The notes under the pieces are model-generated. The model worked only from the letters and a program-made list of their open reading frames with translations. It had not been told where the DNA came from and did no database searches. A DNA stretch of 64,000 bases, from assembly GCA_965220655.1 (NCBI GenBank), contig CBDCQO010000011.1, positions 39,134 through 103,133 of the forward strand, given 5' to 3'. The DNA is from Dehalococcoidia bacterium. GTDB taxonomy: Bacteria; Chloroflexota; Dehalococcoidia; Lucifugimonadales; Australimonadaceae. Shown here in pieces: positions 10,190-20,517 of this stretch. The translations under genes and the position numbers were made by a program. How positions within the stretch are numbered: the stretch's first letter is position 1; each line of letters begins with the position of its first letter.

Positions 10190-11098
10190 ATGACCGCCAC
10201 GCCCGCCCCGCAATCAAAGCTCGTCTCCTGGTTCTGGGCGGCGCGGCCGTTCTCGCTGTCGGCGTCGGTCGCGCCGGTGCTGGTGGGGACAGCGCTCGCG
10301 GCGACCGTGGGCGCGCTCGACTGGCTGCTGTTCGCGCTCGCGCTGACGGGGTCGGTCGCCATCCAGATCGGCACGAACCTGACGGACGAGTACTCGGACC
10401 ACCGGAAGTCGGGCGGCGAGGGAAAGTTCCTCGCGCCGCACAAGGTGATCCAGCGCGGTCTGCTCTCGGAGCGGGCGGTGGCGCTGGGGATGGGTGCCGC
10501 GTTCGGCTACGGCGTCGTTGCGGGACTGATCATCGTCGCGCACGTGGGCTGGCCGATCCTCGCGGTGGGGCTGGCGAGCGTCGCGGCGGCGTACCTGTAC
10601 GCGGGCGGGCCGAAGCCGCTGGGGACGCTGGGGCTGGGCGAGCCGGTGGTGTTCGTGTTCATGGGGCAGGTGATGGTGATGGCGTCGTACTACGTACAGC
10701 AGCAGGCGCTCACCTGGGCGTCGTTCTACGTGTCGCTGCCGGTCGCGTTCATCGTGACGGCAATCCTCGTCGTGAACAACATCCGCGACGTGGAGGAGGA
10801 CCGGGAGGCCGGGAAGCGAAGCCTCGCCACAGCAGCCGGAACGCGGGTGGCGACGTGGACATACGGGGCGCTCCTGGCGGGGGCGTACCTGAGCATCGCG
10901 GGGGCGGCGCTGGGCGGGGCCGTGAGCCCCTGGGCGCTGCTGGGGCTCGCGCCGCTGCCGTGGGCCGCAGGGGCGGCGCGGGCGCTGTTCGCGGCGGAGG
11001 AGCGTCCCGCGATGAACCGTCTGCTCGTGCGCAGCGGCAAGCTGCACGGGTTGACCGGCCTCGCGCTCGCGGCGGGGCTGTACGCGTCGAGTCTGTGA
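10190..11098 (+). CDS. menA: 1,4-dihydroxy-2-naphthoate prenyltransferase
   Basis: ARPFSL, NLTDEYSD, NNIRDVEEDREAGKRSLA; follows menB. Confidence 0.92.
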   Translation: MTATPAPQSKLVSWFWAARPFSLSASVAPVLVGTALAATVGALDWLLFALALTGSVAIQIGTNLTDEYSDHRKSGGEGKFLAPHKVIQRGLLSERAVALGMGAAFGYGVVAGLIIVAHVGWPILAVGLASVAAAYLYAGGPKPLGTLGLGEPVVFVFMGQVMVMASYYVQQQALTWASFYVSLPVAFIVTAILVVNNIRDVEEDREAGKRSLATAAGTRVATWTYGALLAGAYLSIAGAALGGAVSPWALLGLAPLPWAAGAARALFAAEERPAMNRLLVRSGKLHGLTGLALAAGLYASSL

Positions 11099-11112
11099 CA
11101 CCTTGCGCTAAC

Positions 11113-11143
11113 TATACGTATACGCTACGCTATGATACGTATA
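11113..11143. promoter_or_regulatory. Paired palindromic operators upstream of the TA module
   Basis: TATACGTATA and ATACGTAT palindromes flanking a TATGAT -10-like box. Confidence 0.6.
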
Positions 11144-11166
11144 CCGCTGGCACAGGACGTACGGTT

Positions 11167-11409
11167 ATGAAAAGCAAACTCACCATCACCGTGGACTCGG
11201 AACTCATCCCGGCGGCCAAGCGCTACGCCCGCTCGAAGGGGGTGTCGCTCTCGGCGGTCATCGAGCAGGCGCTGCGGGAGGCGACGGATACGAGCGAGCC
11301 ACCATTCATGGAGTACTGGCGGGAACGCTTCGCCAAGTCCCGGAAGGCGCCTCCGGAACCGGGAACGGACCCCCGCTACGACTACTTCGTGCGCAAGTAC
11401 CTCAAGTAA
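11167..11409 (+). CDS. Antitoxin, DUF6364/RHH-type
   Basis: MKSKLTITVD..AKRYA..GVSLSAVIE; C-terminal Y..KY; TAATG coupling to the PIN gene. Confidence 0.82.
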   Translation: MKSKLTITVDSELIPAAKRYARSKGVSLSAVIEQALREATDTSEPPFMEYWRERFAKSRKAPPEPGTDPRYDYFVRKYLK

Positions 11410-11813
11410 TGCTTCTCGACACCAATGTCCTCCTGGACGCGGCCCTGGGCAGACGACCACACGTAGACGCCGCAGTAGAGCTTCTCAATCTGATTGCACT
11501 AGGCACGGGTAGAGCCTTCGTTGCATGGCACGCCATTGCAACTCTCTACTACGTAGCCTCACGCTCGCACGGCGATGACGATACCCGCAGTTTCATCATG
11601 GAACTGATGCGCTTCGTATCCGTCGCGCCGACGAGCACCGAGGCCGTCCGGTATGCGGCATCCCTGCCCATGGCGGACTTCGAGGACGCTATGCAGGTGG
11701 CTGCGGCGCGAGCATGCAGCGCGGAGTACATCGTCACGCGGAACCTGAGCGACTTCGAACGCTCCCCTATCCCCGCGCTCACTCCACAGGAGGCGCTCGT
11801 CCGGCTGCGCTGA
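11409..11813 (+). CDS. PIN-domain (VapC-like) toxin
   Basis: LLDTNVLLD, DFEDAMQ, IVTRNLSDF. Confidence 0.9.
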   Translation: MLLDTNVLLDAALGRRPHVDAAVELLNLIALGTGRAFVAWHAIATLYYVASRSHGDDDTRSFIMELMRFVSVAPTSTEAVRYAASLPMADFEDAMQVAAARACSAEYIVTRNLSDFERSPIPALTPQEALVRLR

Positions 11814-11877
11814 CGTTGCTCCTCCCCGCCCACACCTCGCGTTGACCATGCGCACGCGCACGCCTAGACTCACTTCC

Positions 11878-13992
11878 ATGTCCATCTACCGCTACTCCCG
11901 ATGGGACGGCTCGCAGGACGTCGCGCTCCCCACGACCGACGACCTGTTCGACCGCCTCTCCGAGCAGATCCTGCAGGGCGACGACCTGCGCGGGGCGCTC
12001 AACCGCATGATGCGCTACGGGATGCGAGGCGAGGGCCAGCGCGGCCAGGGGCTGCAGGACCTGCTCGAACGCCTCCGCGACGCCCGCCAGCGCAACCTCG
12101 ACCGCTACGACCTCTCCTCCATGTTCGACGACATCCAGGAGCGGCTCGACGCCATCGTCGACAAGGAGCGCTCGGGCATCAACCAGCGCCTCGACGAGCT
12201 GGCGCCCTCGTCCAATCGCGACGCGCAAGACGGGAGCGGACAGGACGGCGAAGACGGGAGCGGACAGGACGGCGAAGGCGGACAGGGGCAGGACGGCGGC
12301 GGACAGCCCGGCGGGAGCGGCGCGCCGCCGGACGAGTTCACCGACATGCTCAGGCAGATGGCGAACCGTCACCTCAACCAGTTGGACCAACTGCCGGAGG
12401 GCGCGGGCGGGCGCATCAAGCAGTTGCGCGACTACGACTTCATGGACAGCGGCGCACGCGAGGACTTCGACGCGCTCATGCAGGAGCTCCAACAGCAGTT
12501 CCTCCAGCAGTACTTCCAGGGGATGCAGGAGAGTCTCCAGAACCTGACGCAGGGCGACCTCGCGCAGATATCGGAGATGGTGCGCGACCTCAACGAGCTC
12601 GTGAAGCAGAAGCTGCAGGGCGACGACCCGGACATCAGCGACTTCATGAACAAGTGGGGGCACATGTTCCCGCCGGGCATCGAGACGTTCGATCAGCTGA
12701 TGGAGTACATGTCCAACCAGATGGCGCAGATGCAGTCGCTCATGAACTCCATGACGCCGGAGATGCGCCGCCAGCTCGAGGAGATGATGGACGGCCTCCT
12801 GCAGGACAACCGCCTCGCGTGGGACCTGTTCGAGCTCGGCACGAACCTCGAACGGCTGGACCCGGACAGCTTCCCGGACAACGACTTCCGGCTGTTCGGC
12901 GACGAACCCGTCACGCTGCAGCAGGCACTCCAACTCATGGGCGACCTGAACGACATGGAGGAGTTGGAGCAGCAGCTGCGGCACGCGCTCCGGACCAACG
13001 ACGCCACAAACATCGACGCGGACGACCTCGGCAAGGTGCTCGGCGAGGAGGCGCGGCAGTACGCGCAGGAGCTGCAGCGGCTCACGAAGGAGCTGGAGGA
13101 AGCAGGGCTGATCCGCAAGCGCGGCCAGAACGGCTGGGAGCTGACGCCGCAGGCGATGCGGAAGATAGGCGACAAGGCGCTGACCGACATCTTCAACCGC
13201 ATCCGCGGCGGCGACATCGGCGACCACAATCGCGAGAAGAGCGGCGTCGGCGTCGAGATCACGGACGAGACGAAGCGGTGGGAGTTCGGCGACCCGCTCC
13301 ACCTGAACACGCTCAAGACGGTGAGCAACGCCGTGCTGCGGGAGGGGCCGGGCACGCCCGTCCGCATCAGGCCGGACGACTTCGAGATCGACCGCACCAT
13401 CGCGCAGACGCGCGCCTGCACCGTCATCGCCATCGACATGAGCTACTCGATGTTCTGGGACGGCGCATTCCAGGCCGGTCAGCGCGTGGGGCTGGCGCTC
13501 GACACGCTCATCCGGTCGAAGTTCCCCAAGGACCAGGTCACGGTCGTCGCGTTCTCCTACTTTGTGCTGCCGCTCCAGCCGCACATGCTGCTCGACACGT
13601 ACTGGGTCGAGTTCGGCGGCGGCACGAACTTCCAGGAGGTGCTGCGCCAGTCACGACAGATACTCGGCAAGCAGGGCGGCACCAACAAGCAGATCATCCT
13701 CATCACGGACGGCGAGCCCACGACCTACAACTGGACGGAGAGCGACCTGCGCGCGAACTACGGGCGCCGGGGCGGCGGGCTCGTTGAGGCGACGATGCGC
13801 GAGGTGATGCGCTGCACGCGCGACAACATCACCATCAACACGTTCATGCTGGACCAGAGCCCGTCGCTGCTGCGGTTCGTGCAGCTGATGACGAAGATCA
13901 ACAAGGGCCGCGCGTTCATCTCCAGCCCGCACAGCCTCGGCTCCTACGTCGTCGCCGACTACGTCTCGAACCGGAACAAGGTCATCCGCTGA
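11878..13992 (+). CDS. VWA domain-containing protein (AAA/Mg-chelatase partner type)
   Basis: N-terminal YRYSRWDGSQ, MIDAS DMSYSM, GTN, ITDGEPT; short GSGQDGED tandem repeat. Confidence 0.85.
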   Translation: MSIYRYSRWDGSQDVALPTTDDLFDRLSEQILQGDDLRGALNRMMRYGMRGEGQRGQGLQDLLERLRDARQRNLDRYDLSSMFDDIQERLDAIVDKERSGINQRLDELAPSSNRDAQDGSGQDGEDGSGQDGEGGQGQDGGGQPGGSGAPPDEFTDMLRQMANRHLNQLDQLPEGAGGRIKQLRDYDFMDSGAREDFDALMQELQQQFLQQYFQGMQESLQNLTQGDLAQISEMVRDLNELVKQKLQGDDPDISDFMNKWGHMFPPGIETFDQLMEYMSNQMAQMQSLMNSMTPEMRRQLEEMMDGLLQDNRLAWDLFELGTNLERLDPDSFPDNDFRLFGDEPVTLQQALQLMGDLNDMEELEQQLRHALRTNDATNIDADDLGKVLGEEARQYAQELQRLTKELEEAGLIRKRGQNGWELTPQAMRKIGDKALTDIFNRIRGGDIGDHNREKSGVGVEITDETKRWEFGDPLHLNTLKTVSNAVLREGPGTPVRIRPDDFEIDRTIAQTRACTVIAIDMSYSMFWDGAFQAGQRVGLALDTLIRSKFPKDQVTVVAFSYFVLPLQPHMLLDTYWVEFGGGTNFQEVLRQSRQILGKQGGTNKQIILITDGEPTTYNWTESDLRANYGRRGGGLVEATMREVMRCTRDNITINTFMLDQSPSLLRFVQLMTKINKGRAFISSPHSLGSYVVADYVSNRNKVIR

Positions 13993-14006
13993 CTCCGCCC
14001 TTACCC

Positions 14007-14033
14007 GTCATTCCCGCGCAGGCGGGAATCCAG
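14007..14033. repeat. REP-like family 2, GTCATTCCC-N8-GGGAATCC (dRS3/RPE-like)
   Basis: Further copies at 21711-21737, 33239-33264, 35084-35111, 56899-56927 and about 60329-60354. Confidence 0.85.
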
Positions 14034-14042
14034 AGCGCGCGG

Positions 14043-14216
14043 CTAACGCCCGAAACGCAGGTACCAGTAGACGAACAGCGCCATCGCCGCTGCGATGACC
14101 GCCAGGCTTGCGACGGCGAACGCCGAGTCCACCAGCACACCGAGGCTGTTGAGGACGACGGCGATGATGACGAAGATGAACACCACGCCGACCAGTCCGG
14201 CATCTTCACGCTTCAT
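14043..14216 (-). CDS. Small membrane protein, 57 aa (below the ORF-track cutoff)
   Basis: MKREDAGLVGVVFIFVIIAVVLNSLGVLVDSAFAVASLAVIAAMALFVYWYLRFGR; AAGGAG RBS; genome-like codon usage. Confidence 0.7.
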   Translation of the reverse strand: MKREDAGLVGVVFIFVIIAVVLNSLGVLVDSAFAVASLAVIAAAMALFVYWYLRFGR

Positions 14217-14326
14217 CGCTGCGCACTCCTTCGGTGCACCCGCCCATCCGGCGCAGTTCGCTCAACGGATGCTTCCCGAGAGATGCTTCGACTCCGCCCG
14301 CGGCTCCGCTCAGCATGACACGGTTG

Positions 14327-15115
14327 TCAGCGGCCCGGGAAGTTCGGCAGACGCTTCTCCCTGAACGAGCGCACGCCCTCTAGGAAGTCCTCGCTCGCCT
14401 CGACGCGGTCGAGCGCCCGCAGGCGCTCCTCCGGCACCTGGCCCGCCGCGCCGAACTCCAGCAGATCGCGTATCACCTGTTTGTGCGTCCGGTGCGACAC
14501 CGGCGAGAGCGACGCGATCTCCTCCGCGAGCGCACGCGCCTCGTCCATGAGCGCATCGCCGTCCACGACGACACTGACGACGCCCGTTGCGAGCGCGCGC
14601 TCCGCGGGGATCATGCGCCCCGTCAACATGAGGTAGGCCGTGTCGCCGGGGCCCGCGAGGCGCAGCAGGCGGTCGATGTGCCCGTGCGACACGCCGATGC
14701 CGCGCTTGGCAGCGGGCAGCCCGAACTGCGCGTCCGTCGACGCGATGCGCATGTCGGTGTAGAGCGCGAGCTCCAGCCCGCCGCCGAGGCAGTAGCCGCG
14801 TATCGCCGAGATGGTCGGCTTGGAGAGCGCGTGCAGCGCGTCGCAGGCGGCGTGCACGGCCTCCCTGTAGTGGCGCGCACGGTCGGGGGTGCTCCGCGTC
14901 TCCTCGAAATCCTTGATGTCCGCGCCCGCCGAGAACGCCTTCTCGCCCGCGCCGGTCAGCAGCACCGCGCGCACCGTGGCGTCAGCGTCCAGCTCCGCAA
15001 AGAGCGCCGGCATGCGCTGCCACATGTCGTAGGAGATGGCGTTCCGCTGCTCCGGGCGGTTCAGCGTCAAGGTCGCGACTGCTCCGTCGCGCTCCAGCAG
15101 TAACTCGTCGGCCAC
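14327..15115 (-). CDS. Enoyl-CoA hydratase/isomerase family protein
   Basis: LNRPEQRNAI, FSAGADI, GYCLGGGLELAL, EKRLPNF. Confidence 0.92.
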   Translation of the reverse strand: MADELLLERDGAVATLTLNRPEQRNAISYDMWQRMPALFAELDADATVRAVLLTGAGEKAFSAGADIKDFEETRSTPDRARHYREAVHAACDALHALSKPTISAIRGYCLGGGLELALYTDMRIASTDAQFGLPAAKRGIGVSHGHIDRLLRLAGPGDTAYLMLTGRMIPAERALATGVVSVVVDGDALMDEARALAEEIASLSPVSHRTHKQVIRDLLEFGAAGQVPEERLRALDRVEASEDFLEGVRSFREKRLPNFPGR

Positions 15116-15119
15116 GGCG

Positions 15120-15560
15120 CTATCCCTCCGCCGCCTTCGCGCGCAGGCAGTCGAAGAAGCGGTCGATCTGCGTCTTCGCCACAGTTCCCATGAGACGCTG
15201 GCCGACCCGCGCGAGCACGCCCGTGACCTGCACGTCGCCCTCGAAGCTCAGCTCCGTGCCTTCGCCGTCGTCCGAGAGCGCCAGCGAGCCGCTGCCCCGA
15301 ATCTCGGTCCGAGCGCCGGAGCCCTCGACCGTCATGCGGTAGGACTCGGGCTCGACCACGTCGGTGATGGCGAGCCTGCCCCTGTACGAGCCGGAGACGA
15401 TGCCGACGCGCACCGACAGCTCAATCTCGTAGCGGTCGTCACCGAGGGGCGTAAACGCGCTGACGCCGGGGATGCACGCGCCAACGGCTGCCGTGTCCAT
15501 CAGCGTCTGCCAGAGGCGCTCTCTGGGGACGTCGAACCGGTACGATCCGCTCAGCTTCAT
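15120..15560 (-). CDS. coxG: CoxG / SRPBCC family protein
   Basis: LMD...ACIPG, GSYRG, GVLARVGQRL; divergent from coxSLM. Confidence 0.85.
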   Translation of the reverse strand: MKLSGSYRFDVPRERLWQTLMDTAAVGACIPGVSAFTPLGDDRYEIELSVRVGIVSGSYRGRLAITDVVEPESYRMTVEGSGARTEIRGSGSLALSDDGEGTELSFEGDVQVTGVLARVGQRLMGTVAKTQIDRFFDCLRAKAAEG

Positions 15561-15729
15561 GCGGCAGTCCTCGCGGGTAGTGCGTTCACTATAGCAGCGC
15601 CGGACGCAATCCTCCGATTGACAAACACCGTGCGTTAGATACCCTTGCGCGCGCAAGGCGCACGCGTGTGCATGGCGCAACGGCGCACGCGGCAATCCCC
15701 AGACGCGACCTGACGGTCGAGGGAGGAGG

Positions 15730-16209
15730 TTGACTGTGGCAGTTCCTGTCGAGATCACCATCAACGGGAAGGCCTGCGCCGGAGAGGTGGAAGAGCGGCA
15801 GTTGCTCGTCCACTTCATCCGGGAGAACGCGGGACTGACCGGGACGAAAGTGGGGTGCGACACCAGCCAGTGCGGCACGTGCACGGTGCAACTGGACGGC
15901 GTCTCGGCCAAGGCGTGTACGGTGCTCACCGTGCAGGCCTCGGGCTCCTCGGTCACGACGATCGAGGGCATCTCCGACGGCGTCGACCTGCACCCGCTGC
16001 AGGAGGCGTTCTGGAACAACCACGGGCTGCAGTGCGGCTTCTGCACGCCGGGCATGATCATGGCGGCGAGCGAGTTGCTGAGCAGGAACCCCTCCCCCAC
16101 GCGCGAGGAGATACGCCACGGGCTGGAAGGGAACATCTGCCGCTGCACCGGCTATCAGAACATCGTGAGCGCCGTCGAGGACGCCGCCGGCAAAATGGGA
16201 GGGAGGTAA
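15730..16209 (+). CDS. coxS: Molybdenum hydroxylase small (2Fe-2S) subunit
   Basis: [29 protein letters not shown]. Confidence 0.93.
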   Translation: MTVAVPVEITINGKACAGEVEERQLLVHFIRENAGLTGTKVGCDTSQCGTCTVQLDGVSAKACTVLTVQASGSSVTTIEGISDGVDLHPLQEAFWNNHGLQCGFCTPGMIMAASELLSRNPSPTREEIRHGLEGNICRCTGYQNIVSAVEDAAGKMGGR

Positions 16210-16212
16210 GCC

Positions 16213-18567
16213 ATGACCACTCGGATATTCGGTTCCGGTATCCGCCGTCGTGAGGACCCCCGGCTCATCACCGGCCGGGCGTCGTATACCGACGACATCA
16301 AGCTGCCGGGGATGCTCCACGCGGCCATCCTCCGCAGCCCCTACGCCCACGCGAACATCAAGTCGGTCGACGCCAGCGGCGCGGCCGGCCAGCCCGGCGT
16401 CGTGGCCGTCTACACCGGCGCAGACACGGAGGGCGTACTGAACGGCCTGCCCTGCGCGTGGCTGATCCCCGGCTCCGACCTGAAGACCCCCGCGCACCCG
16501 CCCGTCGCGAAGGACAAGGTCCGCTACGTCGGCGACGCCGTCGCGGTGGTCGTGGCGGAGTCGCGCTACCAGGCCGAGGACGCGCTGGAGCACATCGCGG
16601 TCGACTACGAGCCGCTGGACGTCGTCATCAACCCGAAGGCCGCCGCGCAGGACGGCGCGCCGCAGATCCACGACGACGTGCCGAACAACGTCGCCTTCAC
16701 GTGGGCGGTCGCCGGCGGCGACGCGGACGCGGCCTTCGCGGACGCGGCGGTCACCGTCAGCGACACCATCACGCTCCAGCGGCTCATCGCGAACCCGATG
16801 GAGCCGCGCTCGGCGCTCGCCCAGTGGAACGCGCCGATGGGAGAGTTGACGCTCTGGAACACGTCGCAGAACCCGCACATCGCGCGGTTCCTCACCTGTG
16901 TCGTGACCGGCGTGCCGGAGCACAAGATACGCGTCATCGCGCCGGAGGTCGGCGGCGGGTTCGGGAGCAAGATCCCGTACTACGCCGACGAGGCCATCAC
17001 CGCGTTCTGCTCGATGAAACTGGGCGTGCCGGTGAAGTGGACCGAGACGCGCAGCGAGAACTACCTGATCACGACGCAGGGCCGCGACCACATCGAAGAG
17101 GTGGAGATGGCCGCCACGAGCGACGGCGTCATCACCGGACTTCGCACCACCGTCTACGCGGGCCTGGGAGGCTACCTCTCGACCGCGAGCCCCGGCGTCC
17201 CCACCATCCTGCACGGGCTGATGTACTCCGGCCCGTACAACATCCCCAACATCAGCGGGACGGTCTACGGCGTGTTCAACAACGGCTGTCCGGTGGACGC
17301 CTACCGCGGCGCAGGACGCCCGGAGGCGACGACGCTCATCGAGCGCCTAGTCGACCTGGTCGCCGCGGCGGTCGGACAGGACCCGGCGGAGGTGCGCCGC
17401 AAGAACCTCATCCCGAAGTTCGAGAACGGCCACGACGTCGCCACCGGCATCACCTACGACAGCGGCGACTACGAGTCCGCGTTGGACTCCTGCCTGAGCG
17501 CGGCGGGCTACGAGATGTTGCGCGCCGAGCAGGCGCAGGCACGAGCGGAGGGCCGCTGCGTCGGCATCGGCGTCTCCTCCTACGTCGAGATATGCGGCCT
17601 CGGACCGTCGCAGGTGGCGGGAGCGGTCGGCTTCCAGGGCGGACTGTGGGAGAGCGCCATCATCCGCTTCTACCCTACGGGCAAGGTCAACGTCATGGTT
17701 GGCTCGTCGCCCCACGGACAGGGTGAGGAGACCACGTTCGCCCAGATCGTCGCGGGAGAGGTCGGCGTGGACGTAGACGACGTCGAGGTGCTCCACGGCG
17801 ACACCGACAACACTCCTATGGGGTGGGGAACGTACGGCAGCCGCACCACGGCGGTATCCGGCGCTGCTATCGCGGTCGCCGCGCGCAAGATCAAGGAGAA
17901 GTCGCGGGCGCTCGCAGCGCATCTGCTCGAAGCCGCGCCCGAGGACATCGAGTACGAGGACGGACGCTTCTTCGTGCGTGGGTCGCCCGACCAGCACAAG
18001 ACGATCCAGGACATCGCGCTCATGGCCAACGTCGCCTGGAACATGCCGGAGGGCATGGAGCCGGGCCTGGAGGCGAGCGCGTTCTACGACCCGCCCAACT
18101 TCACCTACCCGTTCGGCGCGCACGTCGCCGTCGTGGAGGTGGACCCGGACACGGGCCACATCGACCTGCAACGCTACGTTGCAGTGGACGACTGCGGCGT
18201 ACAGATCAACCCGATGATCGTGGAAGGACAGGTGCACGGCGGCGTCGTGCAGGGCGTCGGTCCCGCGCTCTGGGAAGGCGCGGTCTACGACGACGACGGC
18301 CAGCTCGTGACCGGCTCGATGCTGGACTACGCGCTGCCCCGCGCGGACCTGCTTCCTGAGATCGAGGTGCACTCCAACTCGACGCCATCGCCGCACCACC
18401 CGCTGGGTGTGAAGGGCATCGGCGAGGCGGGCACCATCGCGTCCACTCCCACCGTCTACAACGCGGTGATGGACGCGCTGCGTCCGCTCGGAGTGACCCG
18501 CGTGGACATGCCGTTGACGCCGGAGAAGGTCTGGCGCGCGATCAACGACGCACGGAACGGAGGCTAG
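16213..18567 (+). CDS. coxL: Molybdenum hydroxylase large subunit, form II CoxL/CutL-like
   Basis: RREDPRL, GGGFGSK, AYRGAGR (form II), GQVHGG, KGIGE. Confidence 0.9.
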   Translation: MTTRIFGSGIRRREDPRLITGRASYTDDIKLPGMLHAAILRSPYAHANIKSVDASGAAGQPGVVAVYTGADTEGVLNGLPCAWLIPGSDLKTPAHPPVAKDKVRYVGDAVAVVVAESRYQAEDALEHIAVDYEPLDVVINPKAAAQDGAPQIHDDVPNNVAFTWAVAGGDADAAFADAAVTVSDTITLQRLIANPMEPRSALAQWNAPMGELTLWNTSQNPHIARFLTCVVTGVPEHKIRVIAPEVGGGFGSKIPYYADEAITAFCSMKLGVPVKWTETRSENYLITTQGRDHIEEVEMAATSDGVITGLRTTVYAGLGGYLSTASPGVPTILHGLMYSGPYNIPNISGTVYGVFNNGCPVDAYRGAGRPEATTLIERLVDLVAAAVGQDPAEVRRKNLIPKFENGHDVATGITYDSGDYESALDSCLSAAGYEMLRAEQAQARAEGRCVGIGVSSYVEICGLGPSQVAGAVGFQGGLWESAIIRFYPTGKVNVMVGSSPHGQGEETTFAQIVAGEVGVDVDDVEVLHGDTDNTPMGWGTYGSRTTAVSGAAIAVAARKIKEKSRALAAHLLEAAPEDIEYEDGRFFVRGSPDQHKTIQDIALMANVAWNMPEGMEPGLEASAFYDPPNFTYPFGAHVAVVEVDPDTGHIDLQRYVAVDDCGVQINPMIVEGQVHGGVVQGVGPALWEGAVYDDDGQLVTGSMLDYALPRADLLPEIEVHSNSTPSPHHPLGVKGIGEAGTIASTPTVYNAVMDALRPLGVTRVDMPLTPEKVWRAINDARNGG

Positions 18568-18570
18568 GCC

Positions 18571-19437
18571 ATGTTTCCAGCACAGATCACCTACCACCGC
18601 GCAGGCTCGGTAGCCGAGGCGGTACAACTGCTCTCGGACAACGAGGGCGCGAAGCTCCTGGCGGGCGGGCACAGCCTCCTCCCGCTGATGAAGCTGCGGC
18701 TCGCGGCGCCCGCCGTGCTCGTGGACATCGGGCGCATCGAGGCGCTCAAGGGCGTCTCCGCGAGCGACGGAGGCATCACCATCGGCGCGCTGACGACGCA
18801 CGCTGAGATAGCGTCGTCCGACCTCGTGCAGCAGCACGCACCGGTGCTCGCCGAGGCCGCCGCACTCGTCGGCGACCCGGCGGTGCGGAACCGGGGCACC
18901 ATCGGCGGGAGCGTCTCCCACGCCGACCCGGCGTCCGACCAGCCGACCGTGCTCACGGCGCTGGGCGCGACGTTCAACGTGACGGGGCCGGGCGGCGACC
19001 GCAGCATCGCAGCGGCCGACTTCGCGACCGGCCTGCTGGAGAACGCGCTGAACGACAACGAGGTGCTGACGAGCATCTCGGTGCCGTCCGTCCCATCGGG
19101 CGCAGGCTCGGCGTACGTCAAGTTCCCGCACCCGGCGTCGCGCTACGCCGTCGTCGGCGCTGCCGCCATCCTCGTAGTGAGCGGCGGCACGTGCTCCTCG
19201 GCGAGCGTCGCGGTCGGAGGCGTGGAAACCACGCCCGCGCGGGCGTCGTCGGTCGAGGCGGCGCTGGCGGGCTCGGACCTGGGCGACGCGGCGCTGGACG
19301 CCGCCGCAGCGGCGGTCGGAGGCGACCTGAACGGCGACCCGATGGGCGACGTCTTCGCCTCAGCCGAGTACCGCAGGGCGATGGCGGCGGTGTACGTGCG
19401 CCGGGCACTCGGCGCGGCAGCGTCGCGGGTGGGCTGA
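18571..19437 (+). CDS. coxM: Molybdenum hydroxylase FAD-binding medium subunit
   Basis: LAGGHSLLPLMKLRLA, VRNRGTIGGS..HADP, SAEYR. Confidence 0.92.
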   Translation: MFPAQITYHRAGSVAEAVQLLSDNEGAKLLAGGHSLLPLMKLRLAAPAVLVDIGRIEALKGVSASDGGITIGALTTHAEIASSDLVQQHAPVLAEAAALVGDPAVRNRGTIGGSVSHADPASDQPTVLTALGATFNVTGPGGDRSIAAADFATGLLENALNDNEVLTSISVPSVPSGAGSAYVKFPHPASRYAVVGAAAILVVSGGTCSSASVAVGGVETTPARASSVEAALAGSDLGDAALDAAAAAVGGDLNGDPMGDVFASAEYRRAMAAVYVRRALGAAASRVG

Positions 19438-19578
19438 CCGCTCTGCCCCAGGGCGGTGTCATGTTGAGCGAAGCCGAAACATCTCTCGGGGAAAGGTTGG
19501 CATAGGCAGGACGTTCCCCGAGAGATTCCTCGACTCCGCTACGCTCCGCTCGGAATGACCACCCCCGGAGGAGACCCC

Positions 19579-20517
19579 TTGGACGAAACGCGCTCCAACT
19601 CCGTGCCCGCGTCCGTCGACGAACTGCAGCAGGCGCTTCGCGGCGAGATGTACGTCGCCGACCGTGCGCTGGCGATGTCGGTCTACCTCGCGCTGACACT
19701 GAAGCGCCCGCTCTTCCTCGAGGGCGAGGCGGGTGTCGGCAAGACGGAAGTCGCCAAGGTGCTCGCGTCGGCGCTGGGGGCTCGCCTGATCCGCCTCCAG
19801 TGCTACGAGGGGTTGGACGTGAGCCAAGCGGTTTACGAGTGGAACTACTCGCGGCAGTTGCTCCACATCCGGCTGCTGGAGGCGTCCGGCAACGTCGACC
19901 GCACGGCGGCGGAGCGCGAGCTGTTCAGCGAGGAGTTCCTCATCAAGCGCCCCCTCCTGCAGGCGCTCGACTCCGGCGAAGGCCCCGTGGTGCTCCTCAT
20001 AGACGAGCTGGACCGGGCCGACGAGGAGTTCGAGGGCTACCTGCTGGAGATGCTGTCCGACTTCCAGATCACGATACCGGAGGTCGGCACGTACACGGCG
20101 GACGAGCCGCCGGTGGTCGTCATCACGTCGAACCGGACGCGCGAGATACACGACGCGCTCAAGCGCCGCTGCCTCTACTACTGGATCGACTACCCCGACC
20201 TGGACAAGGAGACGCAGATCGTTCGGAGCAAGGTGCCGCAGGCGTCGCAGAAGCTCGCGGGACAGGTCGCCTCGTTCGTCCAGGAACTGCGCGGCACGGA
20301 GCTGTACAAGGTGCCCGGCGTCGCGGAGACGCTCGACTGGACGGCGGCGCTCGTGAGCCTGAACGAGACCGAACTGAGCCCGGACGTGATCGACGACACG
20401 CTCGGTATCATGCTCAAGTACCGCGAGGACGTGCAGGCGGTGCGCGGGGAGCAGACGCGCGCCCTGCTGAACCGCGCGATGCATCGCGGCACGCAGCGCG
20501 GAGGCAGGCGTGGCTGA
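19579..20517 (+). CDS. coxD: MoxR-type AAA+ ATPase
   Basis: EGEAGVGKT Walker A, RLQCYEGLD, LLIDELD, ALKRRC; TTG start after GGAGGAG. Confidence 0.9.
   Translation: MDETRSNSVPASVDELQQALRGEMYVADRALAMSVYLALTLKRPLFLEGEAGVGKTEVAKVLASALGARLIRLQCYEGLDVSQAVYEWNYSRQLLHIRLLEASGNVDRTAAERELFSEEFLIKRPLLQALDSGEGPVVLLIDELDRADEEFEGYLLEMLSDFQITIPEVGTYTADEPPVVVITSNRTREIHDALKRRCLYYWIDYPDLDKETQIVRSKVPQASQKLAGQVASFVQELRGTELYKVPGVAETLDWTAALVSLNETELSPDVIDDTLGIMLKYREDVQAVRGEQTRALLNRAMHRGTQRGGRRG

Noticed and set aside
12227-12305. 24-bp tandem repeat in the VWA gene
   Set aside because: Ordinary low-complexity linker (GSGQDGED), frame-preserving
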